This document shows positions 29,173 through 42,689 of a stretch of DNA of 64,000 nt, piece by piece. How positions within the stretch are numbered: position 1 is the stretch's first letter; every line of letters starts with the position of its first letter. The translations under genes were made by a program, and so were the position numbers. This DNA is from Basidiobolus meristosporus CBS 931.73 (taxonomy: Eukaryota > Fungi > Basidiobolomycota), in assembly GCA_002104905.1 (NCBI GenBank), contig MCFE01000237.1:55707-119706 (forward strand), read 5' to 3'. The notes beneath the pieces were generated by a model. That model did not search any database. It had not been told where the DNA came from and worked only from the letters and a program-made list of their open reading frames with translations.

Positions 29173-30186
29173 ATGATACCGACTCCTCATTTGACCCACT
29201 TTAATTCCAAGGATTACGAAAAATTTTACGAGCCAGCAGGTTTTCTCTCGGATTGTTTTACCTGCATTTAGAATTCTGTTGCTGATATGTGGGCGTACAT
29301 AGAGGATACGTTCTTACTTTTAGATGCATTTGAAGAGGATTTCGAAGCCCTGAAGTCTCTTAGGGGAGGAATCTGTCTAGAAATAGGGTGATTATTTTCT
29401 GAACCACAAGAAACTGTTGCTCTTGATTTAAACATTGCTTTGGCAGGTCGGGCTCAGGTTGCGTTATCACGTTCTTAGAGAAACTGATGGGCTCAGGCTG
29501 TGAGTAGTTTGTCAGGCTCCAATCAAGCAAAGGTTACTCAACGTCGCCATGTCCTGTAGTGTTTTTATCCACAGATATAAATCCTGACGCAGCTCAGGCC
29601 ACCCTCTTAACTGCTTCCAAGAACAAGGCAAGGGCTAGATCGCAGACAAAGCGAGTACAATACAAGCAATGATAATAATTCCCGATATTCACTAGGCCAC
29701 AATCAATCCGATCATCACCAACTTCACTCAAGGGTTGGACACGCGCCTTCATAAGTCAATTGACGTGCTGGTTTTTAATCCTCCATACGTGGTTACTCCT
29801 TCAGAAGAGGTTGGCAGTAATTCGATTGAAGCAGCATGGGCAGGTGGAATAGATGGACGAGAAGTCATTGATAAGATGCTTCCCACTGTGCAGGTAACAC
29901 TCAGGCAGCTTGCATTCCGATAGCCAACTCTAATGAGGCGAATGTTCTAGGATCTTCTATCCCCCAGGGGAGTCTTCTACCTGGTATTGATTCTGGAAAA
30001 CCGGCCACAAGAAATCATGAACATCATGAAATCACAATATGGATTTGAATCCAAGGTAATCTCCACATATAAATGCTTCCGAATGGTAACTAAACATAGA
30101 CTCCAATCTATTCTCAGATAATTACCCAGCGGAAGGCAGGTAGAGAAAAACTGTATATTGTGCGTTTCTCTAGAGTGCAGATTTAA
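29173..30186 (+). CDS. MTQ2: HemK2/N6AMT1 eRF1 glutamine methyltransferase, multi-exon, including a GC-AG intron at 29628-29695
   Basis: YEPA/EDTFLLLDA, EIG/SGSG, FNPPYV and AWAGGIDGREV motifs. Confidence 0.9.
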
Positions 30187-30513
30187 GCGTAGAAAAGGCC
30201 TATGTTACCGATAGATATTCTATAAGATCCATGCTGTAGAGCGATGAACACGAGCTTTTGCTTTGGACGGAAATACTGGACTGTATCAATACCAAGCCCT
30301 GGGCAACGTGCAATACTCAAAATTATCATGTAACAAGTAAAGCTGGTTTATTTGACGTTTCTACCATTATGTATTCTTGGCGGAGATATTTACCATTGAA
30401 ATGCACATTGACATTGACAGTGTATGGAAATCAAAGGTGCTTTGTGGTGTGGATAAGTGAACTAACAGAGATACATCGACGATTTGGCCAAGTTAAAGTA
30501 CCCATTCCATCCC

Positions 30514-31739
30514 TTATGGTGATAGTACTAGGGCTGCAGATGGGACCAACTGTAACTCTTTAAGTGATTTTCCACCTTCCTCCCGACCCAGGACTTTACG
30601 GGGGAAAGTTGTCATTAGTTTAAACCCAGGTCCAGCTTGACCAGTGCCCTCGACATACAGATAAAGGTCTTCAAGAGTGTCGTCGGCTTTGAAATTGTTA
30701 TGAAGCGTGCTTCCATCAGGGAAGCGGATCTGAATTCTAGCATCTGTATAATCACCAGTTAATTTTTGCGCTGTAGGAGCGGAGGCCGGCGCTTCAGTCA
30801 CAACAGGAGCCTGCCCTTGAGCAGCAAGTTTAGCTGCCTCCCTTTTGGCGGCACGCTCTTTTTTGTCGGCTTCAATCTGAGCCCGAATCCTAGCCTTCGC
30901 CTCTTTCTCGGCTTTCTGCTCTCTTTTCTTTTCTTCCAAAGCTTTCTGCATCTCCTTTTGTGCCATCTTCTCTTTGATTTCAGTCAAATCCTGACCGCTC
31001 TTGCGACGAATTCGCTCCCTTTCTTTCTCCTCTTCGATCTCCTTGATTCTTTGCAATTCACGCTTTGTAGACAATCTATTCTTCAGCTCGGCCAATTTCG
31101 CCGCTTTTTCCTCTGGAGTCAAGGACTTGATAGCTTCGGTGGACTCGGAAAAGTTCGCGTGCTGAGTTTTGATGGCATGAAATTCGGCAGCATTGGCTAT
31201 CGGTGGCAGAAATTTCGTCGAGAATGAGTCGAACTATCCAGAGAATCTTCAACTCGGTAAAAATAACTTTGAAAGCATACCGTCGCGGAATAACTTGCCA
31301 CAATCATTGCATCTTAAACTTTCAGCTGACTGCTCGCTCTCTTGAACTTCACCTAATACAGAGATTGGTCTAAATGTATGTGGTTGGCCAAGGGAGTTGG
31401 AAATACCCCATACCTGTTTCGGCATCTTGTCCAGGCTGTGTGGCCTCCTCAACTGGTGCGTCAATGTTGGGATCTTCAGCGTGAGCAATTAACCTTTATG
31501 ATTGAAGGCAAAAGGAACTTGAATATGCCTATTCTCTATAAGACAATAACTGAGACTCACCAGTCCATGGCGGGCTGAAGACCAGCATTGTTGGTAGCTT
31601 TCAAGGCTTTCTTGCTTCAAGAGGAAAAGCGGTATGTGAGCGAAGTCTCTTGAAGGTAAGACAAACATGAAAAGGCCACTCACACTCGAACTTCAGGAAA
31701 GCCCATATCGAGAAGGGATTGTAAATCGGATTGACCCAT
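30514..31739 (-). CDS. UBA + C2H2 zinc finger + coiled-coil + UBX domain protein (UBXN1-like p97 cofactor), multi-exon
   Basis: LLDMGFPEVR/EKALKAT...AMDW (UBA), LRCNDCGKLFRD, and C-terminal ARIQIRFPDG...TTFPRK...LVPSAAL (UBX). Confidence 0.85.
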
Positions 31740-32761
31740 TATATTTATCAACTAGGTTTGAACCAAACGAGCACTTGATATGAAGAGTTTCTTTTGAGAG
31801 GCACCGTTAGGGCAACTGGATAAATACTTCAAAATTACTTCATAATTTTACGTCATCTAGCAAGATCACTAAAATGGAGTTAGCACGTCACCAAGCACTA
31901 ACTAATCCATTTCCCAGTTCTCAATATTGTCTATTCTGATTCAGTGTGGCAACTACATGGCACGAAACATCACCCAAATACTCATCACTGTCACAGGATT
32001 TAGCATTATAGCATAGAGTTATGCCAATTTCGTGGTACAGACAAGTTTACGCTCTGCTGTATAGGCATAGGCAAGACGACATGGTATCTTAGAATGAAAA
32101 GCCAGCTAGAGTTAGCTATCAAGGTACCCCATCTGGCTATTCTTGCTGATTATACGTTGGCCATATGTATCCGGTTAATGGAAGATTAGAAGATAATTAA
32201 TAGCGCCTTTTGCAAATTGCTACCGTCGGATGTATAGAAAATCCATGCATGATTAGCAATCAATTCTCAAGGAAACCAACAAATTGAAATTGTAGGATTA
32301 AGGTTATGACTATGTAGCCACACCGCTAACCGGCGGTCTGAAGGGCACTAGGTTAAGAAGAAATTTATCCAAACTCAGCCATTTGGCAAATTGCTTTTTC
32401 GAAATCGGTGGGAAATGGGCCTGAACTACCAATGGATTGTAGACTAAATATACATTTCGCAACTGAGAGTGTAGGTGGGGTCCAAGTGGTGACTTGGTTG
32501 GTGATCCTTTATCCACTGTTACACGAATCTACGAATTGGCTCTACGCCTTCGTAGGTATTCCGTATATGAGTAAATATTCTTCGGGCTCTTCGATTCAAG
32601 TGGGTTGCCAGCTCCAAAAGGGATTTCATTATCTGTATTTTCAAAAAGATTTCCGAGTAGAAGCAATATGCTCTATTGGTTTCTTCCTGGTGACTTCAGG
32701 TTGCTTTTTGTATATAAAGGAATGATAAACGCAGACAATTGATTTCATCTCACAACCTACC

Positions 32762-33259
32762 ATGAAATTCGGCGCTTCGATTCTCCTAGCTCTCTCTGCC
32801 ACCTCTGCCGCTTCTGCTGCTGTGTACCTTCGCAGAGCCGAGGCTGGAAATTCATGTACTGACGCAACTACCTACAACCAATGTTTCGACAACATCATGA
32901 CTACTACATGTGAAGCAACGGACGCGGCATGCAACTGCCAGCTATCCAAAGGCCTAATGGCATGCTTGTCATTCTGTAATAACGACCCTGTCCTCGCTAG
33001 TCTTGGTAACGCACAGCAAAGCGAAACAGAGAAATGGTGCAACGCCCCCAGCTCTGCCTCCACCACCTCAACCTCTACTGGGGCTAGCACCACTCCTAGC
33101 ACCACTGAGGCCTCGGCTGGACCCGCATCTACCACTGACAACAATACCTCACCATCAAAGGATACTCAAACCCCAACAACCACACCTAACAACAGCAATA
33201 AGGTTAAGCTTGCCTCCGGTTTAATTGCTCTTACTGGCATGGTTGCGCTCTTGATGTAA
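32762..33259 (+). CDS. Secreted 8-Cys CFEM-like protein with Ser/Thr stalk and GPI-type C-terminus
   Basis: Signal peptide, eight cysteines including C-x3-D-x2-CxC, S/T-rich linker and hydrophobic tail. Confidence 0.75.
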   Translation: MKFGASILLALSATSAASAAVYLRRAEAGNSCTDATTYNQCFDNIMTTTCEATDAACNCQLSKGLMACLSFCNNDPVLASLGNAQQSETEKWCNAPSSASTTSTSTGASTTPSTTEASAGPASTTDNNTSPSKDTQTPTTTPNNSNKVKLASGLIALTGMVALLM

Positions 33260-33650
33260 TTGCTCTTCAGCTGGTCAAAGGCAACAGCTCAGCGGATCTG
33301 ATCGTTACACATACGTGGTAATACGTTAGGATTGTCAGGTTGAGATATATGTATAGTTCGAGTATAAACTTTTGCTCCTTAATAATCCCTATGGAAAAAT
33401 AAACTCCCTTAGCGCACCCGTTATTAGCAACTGTGGATTAGAGTCGGCTGAGAAGCGAATGGTGATCCTATACTCACGCTGGCCAGGTGAGAAACGGTTT
33501 GAGGCATAGGCAATCTCGATGCTACAGCAAATCCTTCCTTGGGTTTGATGGGTCATATATGTGAATATATATAATATTTATTAAGCTGTAACTACTTTCG
33601 GTTTGGTCAGGAAAGGGGACATTATGGCTTATGATGAAGGTAAGAGGTAA

Positions 33651-34124
33651 CTAGAAGTTGATGCTTCTCAACACCAGCACCACCATACTACCACCCAGCA
33701 AATAAAGGGGCTTTTGATGACCTGCCGAATTCAGAATTGATGATTGTCTGGTGTTACCACCCGTGGTGCTGCTCGAACTAGCCGACGATGCCGGGCTAGT
33801 CATCGTAGGTTCCGCAGTGAGAAGGCTGGTTGGCACTAACGGGCAATACTTCTGAACCTCGGCAGATTGGGGGCCTGACAACTTCGCAATAGTGGGCTCC
33901 CGTGTGCACGAAGACAAACACCGCAAAAGATTCTGAGCCTGCCGACAGTTGCACAAATTGTCACTAGGGGGACAATTTGCCGAAAGAGCATTGCTTCGAC
34001 ATATCGAGTATGTCGGAGCATCCTCACACGTGCTGTTGGGCGGGAGTTGTGGAAGATAGTTCTCAGCTGTCAGGACTGAGCCGATGATTGTAATGAGGAT
34101 ACCAGCAACAAGACTCAGCTTCAT
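33651..34124 (-). CDS. Secreted 8-Cys CFEM-like GPI protein, paralogue of 32762-33259
   Basis: Same cysteine spacing (C.D..TY..C...C...D..CNC...CLS.C...C), signal peptide and hydrophobic tail. Confidence 0.75.
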   Translation of the reverse strand: MKLSLVAGILITIIGSVLTAENYLPQLPPNSTCEDAPTYSICRSNALSANCPPSDNLCNCRQAQNLLRCLSSCTREPTIAKLSGPQSAEVQKYCPLVPTSLLTAEPTMTSPASSASSSSTTGGNTRQSSILNSAGHQKPLYLLGGSMVVLVLRSINF

Positions 34125-37040
34125 TTCTATCGGTTAAGAGAGTAGCGATTGCAAATAAAATATGTCGATTTTAACAAAATCAGAAGTGGAACCTAGATGG
34201 ATGCCCAGTCAACAAAATACGGAGCAACGGCTGCTATTAAAAGAAAAAAGCAATCAACCATGTAATTTAAGAAGGGGACAGTGTCAACGGAATTAAGGGA
34301 GAGACTGCAGCTTTTGGCATTAGGAATACAGTTACCAAGAAAGGGCTTGAACTGTGCCTGCTTATAGGTACATACTCTACATGCTTCAACCATCGAATTA
34401 GCTAGGAACTTAATAGCACTAAGCCTTCGTTGCATTTTTCAATTGTAATGGCATGGCTTTACTGCCGACGTATGTCAGGTACAAGTCCTGATCAAGGGCT
34501 CCAATTGAAAGTTATCGAGGCTATCTGCGGATTCCATCACTGTGTTGGAGAAATTTTAATCAACACCGAAACCCCTCTAGGGAATCAATCACAGATCAAC
34601 CCATCTGCCCTTCAACAGAATGGCTGGAATTTGTATGGAATGCTGTCAACTTCGTCTCCTACCTCATTTTAAAGCTCTAGTCATATAAAAACGTGATGCC
34701 TCGATGCATAAGTCTACTATATCTTACATCTTGATACTCTGGATCATTATGATCAAGGCCGCTGGGCCTTCAATGCAGGATTGGAACGTATATTCCGACG
34801 GTGAATTTAATATGGATTATTGTGTACCCTTGGCTACCTGTACATGCTTATACCAGAAGTCAACACCCTAGATAAATTGTGGGCACTTTTACTTTCGACA
34901 TTCGTGCACTCCTTCGGGATAGTCGAAAGCGTATCGAAGCAGGTTTCCTGAGAGAGTTAACAAGCCTCTTATGATAACTGATCTAGAAGATATTGCAATA
35001 AGACATATAGAATCGTATATGAAAGGTTACTTTCAATAGACTACAATGCTTTCAGCTCACGACAACTAGCATCCAATGATATTATCCAACGACGGTCCCA
35101 CAGTAGTTGTCGAAATGACACCTGAATCAAATAATGGTGCAGTGCTTTGCCTTCAATGAATAACATTGGGGCCTTCATATGGCAACCCCACCGCCATTAT
35201 CAAGCACCCATTACGATGGTATACAACCCAAAATATGGGCTTGGATATAGGTTGGGCTCCCAAACATGCAGTCAAAAGATAACAAGTGTGTCCCTACACT
35301 GTGTCGACGCCACTCTTTCCGAGCCCTGATAGGGGTTGATACACAGTTCAGCACTCGAAAATCAGTCAACCAAGTTGTTGCAATGTGGAATGGGTTTTCA
35401 GGGGCCAGAATTCTGGCGCTTTACTTAAAACGGTCTCAAGTTTATTGTGTGCAATACCTTTGTCAATGATCTCTACATTATGGCAATCGTAGTCTTGCTT
35501 TAGTAGTCCAATGGGTACCTATGAGAAGCTTGAGCACAAAACTGGTTACTTCTGGCTTGAACTGTGCCAAATCTTAACCTGGTAGATGGAATGGTGACGA
35601 TCGGTCTGACAAGAATTGATACAAAAAAAGCATACTCATCCATTACCAAGAATACAGAACACGGCAGATCCCTCGCGACACATGCTGTGCTTAGCCAACT
35701 TCGCGAAATAGGCCTCGAGTAAAACATTTATCACGCTTCGATGTATTATTGGCAACCCATGACGCTGTAGCACCCAACGATTTCATTATCTGTGTTGGCC
35801 AACGGAGTACAGAATAGCTTGCCAATCATATATGGACATACTAGTCACATTGAGCTTTGAGAATAATACAACCCATGGTAAAACCCCTCAAACTTTACCG
35901 TTATTGCGAGTGACCACTTTTAGTAAGCAATATTCGAATGCTAGCTCCGATAGACATGCGACTCAGATGGTTATCTGAAAAATCACGTTCCAATTGCCTT
36001 GATATCGATGAATAAAGCAGACCAATCACCCAATGACGTAATATGCGGTTGACAGCCCATAACCACCACATGGTATGGTATAGGTCGATGTTAGCAAGAG
36101 TGTTCAACATCCTGATCGCTAGGGATATATCACTCAAAGCTATATTCAAACTGAAAGCACGTCATTACCCCAACAGTGAGATGACTTCCCGGGAACGTCG
36201 TCCGTCGTTCCAGATGTAGACGCAGAGCTACTCTCTAGAGATCAAAGATTCGAATAGGTATCTTGGCGAGGTTCACCAAGACTGCCTGCTAGTTACATAC
36301 AAAACAGTCAAGCTTCATGGATCCACATAGACACCAGCCTGGCTTCATCACAATGAACTACAATCGTGTTCAGCGGTGTGTAGGTAGAACAAGGTGTTAC
36401 CCAAAATGAACAATCATGCTGTGCCACCATCCATCGACACTATTGTTTGTTTACAAACAAACCAGATTCTATCAGAGCCATTCGAGAGATCCGATCATTT
36501 TATTCATTGTTTTTTCTAAAACTAATGAGTTTTCCGATAAATTCACCAGCTCTTTACTGACCATCTTGTGATCCATCTTAGATACCCACTATAGCTGCAT
36601 ATAGTTTTACACTGAACAATAAATTGAGTCGTATTATCGTGGGTTTCAGGAATGAATATTTCCGCATCTTTCGAATACACCTCATCATTTTAGTCATTCC
36701 TGTTTGTTTTCTGTTCGCTCAGAGGGGTTTTTTTTATATAAGGCCTATTTTCCCAAAATGGATCCTTCAGTTGCTGACTCGGGATCATCACTCTTCAGAT
36801 AAGGTGCTCGGATTTGTTACTCTGTTTGAATCACTCTTGTTGACTTCTCGAAACGAATCTTGATAGTTACTCAAATAATCACGTCTGGAAATTACTAAAC
36901 TAGACGCGTTCAACCCATAAATCACGCGACAGTACAGTTTGTTAGTGTACCGGGCCAAGAATTTCATACACCAACTGAACTAGCCAACACGCATTGTGCA
37001 TTTACTTATTGAATACAACACTTGGAGGCGAGGTTAGAAA

Positions 37041-37776
37041 ATGATGGACGAGCACCATTCTCAATCCCATATACTACACAACCCATACGCCCAGGATTTT
37101 TCGGCTTACGGGGTGGCCCTACCACAAACTGCTACCGCAACGGCAATGCAGCAAGCGGTTGACCCGCTCGCGGTTCAGGTATACTCTTATTTATTTGCCG
37201 AGCGATTACGGTTTAGCTAATGCGTTTATATGTTGATTAGAGTGATCCGCAAAAAGTGGCTACGAATCAGTATAACGTGGCCAGACAGCAACTGAATTAC
37301 AACACTTCTTATAATAATATGGTACGTTGCATTCTTTCTGGTTATTGGAATCAAGGCTAACTCGTTTTGTATAGCATTTGTTGCCCACAGCTTCACCGGC
37401 TTCGGTCGTTAGTCCCATGTATCGAGTTCCGTTACCAAGCGAGGTTGTTTCCACCGGTGAAGAAGAACCACTTTATGTTAATGCCAAACAATACCACCGT
37501 ATTCTGAAGCGCAGAGCCGCTCGCGCCAAGCTAGAAGAACGGAATCGCATTCAAAGAAATAGAAAAGTAGGCTCGATATTCTCTTTTACTCTTTATTGAA
37601 TGAATAGCTAAAGCTCCTTTTAGCCTTACTTGCACGAGTCACGCCATCGACATGCCATGAGGCGGCCCAGAGGTCCTGGAGGAAGATTCCTGACAGCCGC
37701 GGAAATAGCCGAGCTAGACAAAAACAAGGAGAATGAAAATGATGATGGTCAGAACGATAGTTCCAAAGGAAACTAG
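37041..37776 (+). CDS. HAP2: CCAAT-binding factor subunit (NF-YA), multi-exon
   Basis: [25 protein letters not shown] and [23 protein letters not shown]. Confidence 0.95.
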
Positions 37777-39358
37777 ACGGAGATAATAGATTGTAGGAAA
37801 ACGTACACAACTCCTCAATATCGAGAATTCTTTCAAGAACTGGTCTTCCTGAAGTAGGTTAATCCTACCACCACCTATCAAGTATATTATATATATTTCA
37901 TTTTGATATTCTCACTAGTCTTCTCTTATTCATAAGCCCTTTTTTGTTTGAAAATTTCCTTTACCTGTTCTATAACACGTTTACTATTCTTTCTCCTTCG
38001 TTTGTCACTTTAGGTTTTTGTTGTTAGCTTGTCTTTATTTTCCTTTTTGTTTTCCTTAAGAGTCACTATAGAAAATGTTAATTTATCTAAAGAAAGATTC
38101 ATTCTTCACAATTCGTCTACACCCCTCTCCTGAGCGGCAGCTGCTGCCGAGGTAACATGGTCGAATGAGTAGTCAAGGTCGTTTTTAGAGATGTTCTCAA
38201 CGTCGAGGTCGTAATAAAGGGAAATGCCGTTTTGGTACATAGTTAAAATAAGCACCGTATACATTCCCCATAAATAGACGCTCACCACGGAATATCTAGG
38301 GCTGTCGTGTGTTCCCAAACAGCATCATCAATCTGTCCATCGACAAGTTTGCATAAATACGTAACCTTCACAGCAGGTCATACAAGCGGTTTCCAAAATA
38401 TCGGGCATCTTCGCATATGTAGCAGGAATCAGTGGGTCGGATGCTCTGGGTGAAACCTAAAAAAACCACTGGAAATCAGCTGCTGTGTACCCTCTACGGT
38501 GGGGGCTCAACAGAGCCGATGAAATGTAATTGATGGGACCGACTCTCTGGGTGAACCTTATGGAATGGAGGTCTCGTGGGTGGCTTGAGCGGCCTCCCCA
38601 TCTCTTGGCCTAGGTCGCTCACTCGGGTCGAATGGCTTTAAATTGGCGGCGAGGAAATTGAGTGCTGATTAGATTCGACGAATGTTACGAGCTCAGTTGA
38701 CCCATGTATTCTCATTTACCTGGATACGGGGTGCGGATTCAAAAAGGTGATCACAGGATCACGGATCGCGCGCGATTTTCAAAAACGGCATCGCCGGTTT
38801 GAGGTCTCACGGTTTAACATTTGATGTTTCAAAGCAACGGGCGATGGGAAATGAAAAGATGGAAGTACACACAAGGGTGAATGCAAGTACGATGACTCAG
38901 AATATGATGCCATCTGGCTTTGCTGGTAACTATTGGCGAAAGGTTGCATAATGCTAACCTCATGGCTAGTTGGAGTATGATCTCCATCACACCATACTTC
39001 CGCACATAAGGGTGACACCTGAGGCAGTGGAGCATATCTACCCTAACCCTGAGTGCTGACACGCTTGGTGGTGGTCATATGGATTGCTTCAATCGCTTTC
39101 GAGTTTTCGCTCATGAATAAGGGCAATCGTGGGCGATCTCAAGCTGTTTCAGGGTGACCCCACTGATTGACTTGGTGGCATACAATTTGCTAAACCATCT
39201 TAGCTGTCGCAAAAAAAGGGATGAAGCTGGCTGACTCGGAGATATCAAGGCAAGGTGATTTTCAACTATCCAATCAGTGGATTGCGTGTGAATTCATATT
39301 GGCTTCCTCGATAAGGTGAGGTTCTCCCTCTTTCCAGTTTGTCTGAAGTTATTTCAAG

Positions 39359-39622
39359 ATGGTATGTTTCCAAGTTCTCCATCAGGCACTGGGTATCCAT
39401 CCATTGAAGCTCATGCTGTATTTCTAGGGTAAAGTCCACGGATCCCTCGCTCGTGCCGGTAAGGTCAAGTCCCAATGTCCTAAGGTCGAAAAGCAAGAAA
39501 AGAAGAAGAAGAAGACCGGACGTGCCAAGAAGAGAATTCAATACAACCGCCGTTTTGTCAACGTTACCAACCTCATCGGTGGCAAGCGCAGAATGAACCC
39601 TGCCCCCACCTCTGACAAATAA
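39359..39622 (+). CDS. RPS30: 40S ribosomal protein S30 (eS30); ATG-only first exon, intron 39362-39427
   Basis: [44 protein letters not shown]. Confidence 0.97.
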
Positions 39623-39897
39623 GCTGTCGATGTATCAACTGCAGTTTGTCCAAACGATTGCGGCGCATATATTCATTCGTTACGCTTAGCCTATACAAAT
39701 CCTGAACAACTGAACAAAAATAAAGTTCTATTGTTCGTCAGACCATTATCGTTACCATCCACGGTTACCATATATATTTGCTCTGTTGTATTATTGATCA
39801 GATACTTACGGCATGGTTCTTTCGGTTGTCCTTCAAAAACAAGTATGACGAGAAGTTACTTTATTATTGCTCTATGTGTGAATAAATCAAGCAGGGC

Positions 39898-41563
39898 TCA
39901 TTGCTGTTCTCTAGTACTTTTGGGTCTTATGAACCAGCTGAGAATACAAGTGATCGTCCCTACCACAGAGATGGTAAAGAAGGCGGTGTGTTCGTTCAAT
40001 GGAAAAGGAAGCGGTGAACGAAGAGACCACGAGTATATTATTCCACACACGGTGGGGCCAATGGTGGTCATTAGGCTGAACATGCACTGAGAAAGCCCGT
40101 TGAGCGTCCCTAAGGTATGGCGGTCTGGCGTGGATTGATTAATCAATATCATGGAGCACGACATGCTTACTACACCACATAAAGTTTTGAAGCTGAGAAC
40201 CACGAACAACCCAACCCATACAGCTTCTTGGCCAAGTGGAACCAAATCACGAATCATTCCTTCTATGAAATATGTGACTGGCGAGATGTGTAAGATGATT
40301 CTCAACAGGTTGAGTGTGCCATATCTGTTGTGGGCCCATGGGAACCAGAGCAACTGGATCGCAAGCGTGATGAGACCTTGATACCCCAGGGCAATCCCGA
40401 TTTGCTCGCTTCCAAATGAAAGGCCACCATGACGGACGGAGGTGACAGCCCATATGGGGAAGAGTTCGCTGTTCATTACCTGCTGCAGTGCGATGAACAT
40501 GAACGTACACACAATCAACAGTATTTGTCTGGTGAATAAGGATTGTAGGCCACTCTTCTTGGCATCCTGGTCGATTGTGGCAGAAGAGTCGATGGTGCTC
40601 TGGTAAGCATTCCTGACACCGTCGTTGTCGTGCAGTAAGCTAGTAGTCTCTGTATCAACAAGCTCATCTTCCTTGTGCTTGCCAATCTTCGATGGCAAGG
40701 TTTCTTCAAGATACAAATATCCAATGGTTAACCCGATCAGACATATTATCGTGGTAATAATACAGGGTAGGAAGTAAGGGTATGTCTTGAGGAATTCCGA
40801 TTCACCAAACAGGTTAGGGTATTGCTCTGCAGGTTGACATAGGAAGCCACCTATGATGGAGCCTAGGAGAGAACCAAGCCCATATACAAATGGTAATAGG
40901 CTAATTGCACGTGCCTGGTTCGTTTCATCCGTGATCTCACCCACCATGGATCTCAGGACACCAATATTTCCACTAAGTAATCCACAAATGGTCCGGGCCG
41001 TCAACGCCATGGCGTAGCTACGAGCAAGACCAAAGGACAAGGCCGAAATGCTCACGCCAACAAGGCCTAGCAGAATAACCGGGCGTCTGCCGATACGATC
41101 CGAAAGCCATCCCCAAAACAACCCTGTAGTGAGGCAGTCAGCATAAATCCCAGAGAAATCTCATTAGAGGGGCACTTACCAGTTAAGAACTGTGCGAATG
41201 CGAAGCTAGAAGCCAAGTATCCAACGTAATATGCAATCTTGAATGGGTCGTCTGTCACATGGAAGTCCCTTACCTTGTAGTCAATTAGAATGGGTCAAGA
41301 AGAACTAGATGTGAAGCAAGCTCTTACCATCTATATTAAAGCGGTAATTAGTATGGATCAGGATTGTGTGAGTGCTTATTGACAACTTACGAAGTATACA
41401 AAAGGAAAGATCATTGAAAAATTGATGGGTTCCTAAAACAACATAACTAAGTTTCCAGGGTGATGGAGTGAGTAGTTAGACAAACAGCACCAACCGCTAT
41501 TCTAACACAGCAGATAATGAACATTTGCTTTTTAGGCAAAGGTGTTTCCTTTAAAGGTCTCAT
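39898..41563 (-). CDS. Major facilitator superfamily transporter (ZIFL/TCR-Tet-like), multi-exon
   Basis: N-terminal TPLPKKQ...RIA/EPI, MFS motif A (WGWLSDRIGRRPVIL) and multiple transmembrane helices. ATG at 41563. Confidence 0.9.
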
Positions 41564-42689
41564 GAGGGGGAACTGCTTGATTACAAGTCAATGAGGTGAT
41601 GGTACTGAAGAATGGTGCCGCTTTTAAAGCTTAGGAGGTACTGTAGATAGTTTCAAGCGCTATCTGGGCAATTGGATTCAGTGTAATACAAGTTACAAAA
41701 ATTTGTTGATTGATATGTGTAAAAAGGAATACCGTAATTAAGTCCATTGAATATTGCTCTCCACAGCATATGAAATAGTCGTATTGTCATGTTATCTACA
41801 TGAAATATCACACAATAATGCGAAAATCTTATGCCAACTGATGAGTGTTACTTCAATGTAGTACAGATCATCGGGATATATGTTTCCGCAGTGGTTAGGA
41901 TTTCCGATCACAAGAGTTGTGTTCAGTTACAAATGTTGATGAATTTTTGCCTGAAATTTGCTGATTGTTTGAAGCTATGTTGCGTGAAAATTGCGACATT
42001 TTTGCCCCTTTGATTGTTGGTGTGACTGGGTGCCATGCGAAATCATAAACATCCTATATATGGACCAATTATTCTCCTGCCACTACTCGTAATTCCGCAG
42101 GAAAATTACCTTCGCTGTAGTATTGTACTTCTAGAATAAGCAGTGAGCATCTAGTTTTCTGTAACCTAGATCTTGGTGGACACCAACCACAAGCAACACT
42201 GAGATATCTACTGTAGCATTGGTGTGCCCGGGTGCTCCAGGTGCTTGATGACCCCAGGTGGTAACATTGAACATCCTTATCCGTTCCCTTCATGAGCCTG
42301 ATTGGCTAAAAGGGTACATGTGGTTCTGAGCGTTACTGTCATTCCAGGTTGCGTGGAGATCTACTATCAGCAAATACTTCAGTCTTGCATTTGTACATTA
42401 GGCCATGCGTGTCCCAAATATCCTAATCAATGAAATTGAAGTGAGGGGCTGTATTTCATGTATTATGCAAATTCGCTCCGATGATGATAAGTCAGGTATT
42501 GGCAGCTTATGAATCATTGGTTGAATCAATGAAGTATGACAGTTGGTGGATTCTACATGAATGGCTTGGCTACAAATTCTAGGCTAATAGCTAAATATAT
42601 GGATCACATTTTCCCACTTTCTCCTCGTTGAGACTAAGACTATCCTTTCTATGCAAGGATTATACATCTAACCAAAAGCAATATCCCTC

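Noticed and set aside
39041-39050. CCCTAACCCT about 310 bp upstream of RPS30 as a telo-box or element remnant
   Set aside because: It is a single 10-mer, plausible by chance in 47 kb given six registers and two strands, with no 3' module nearby.
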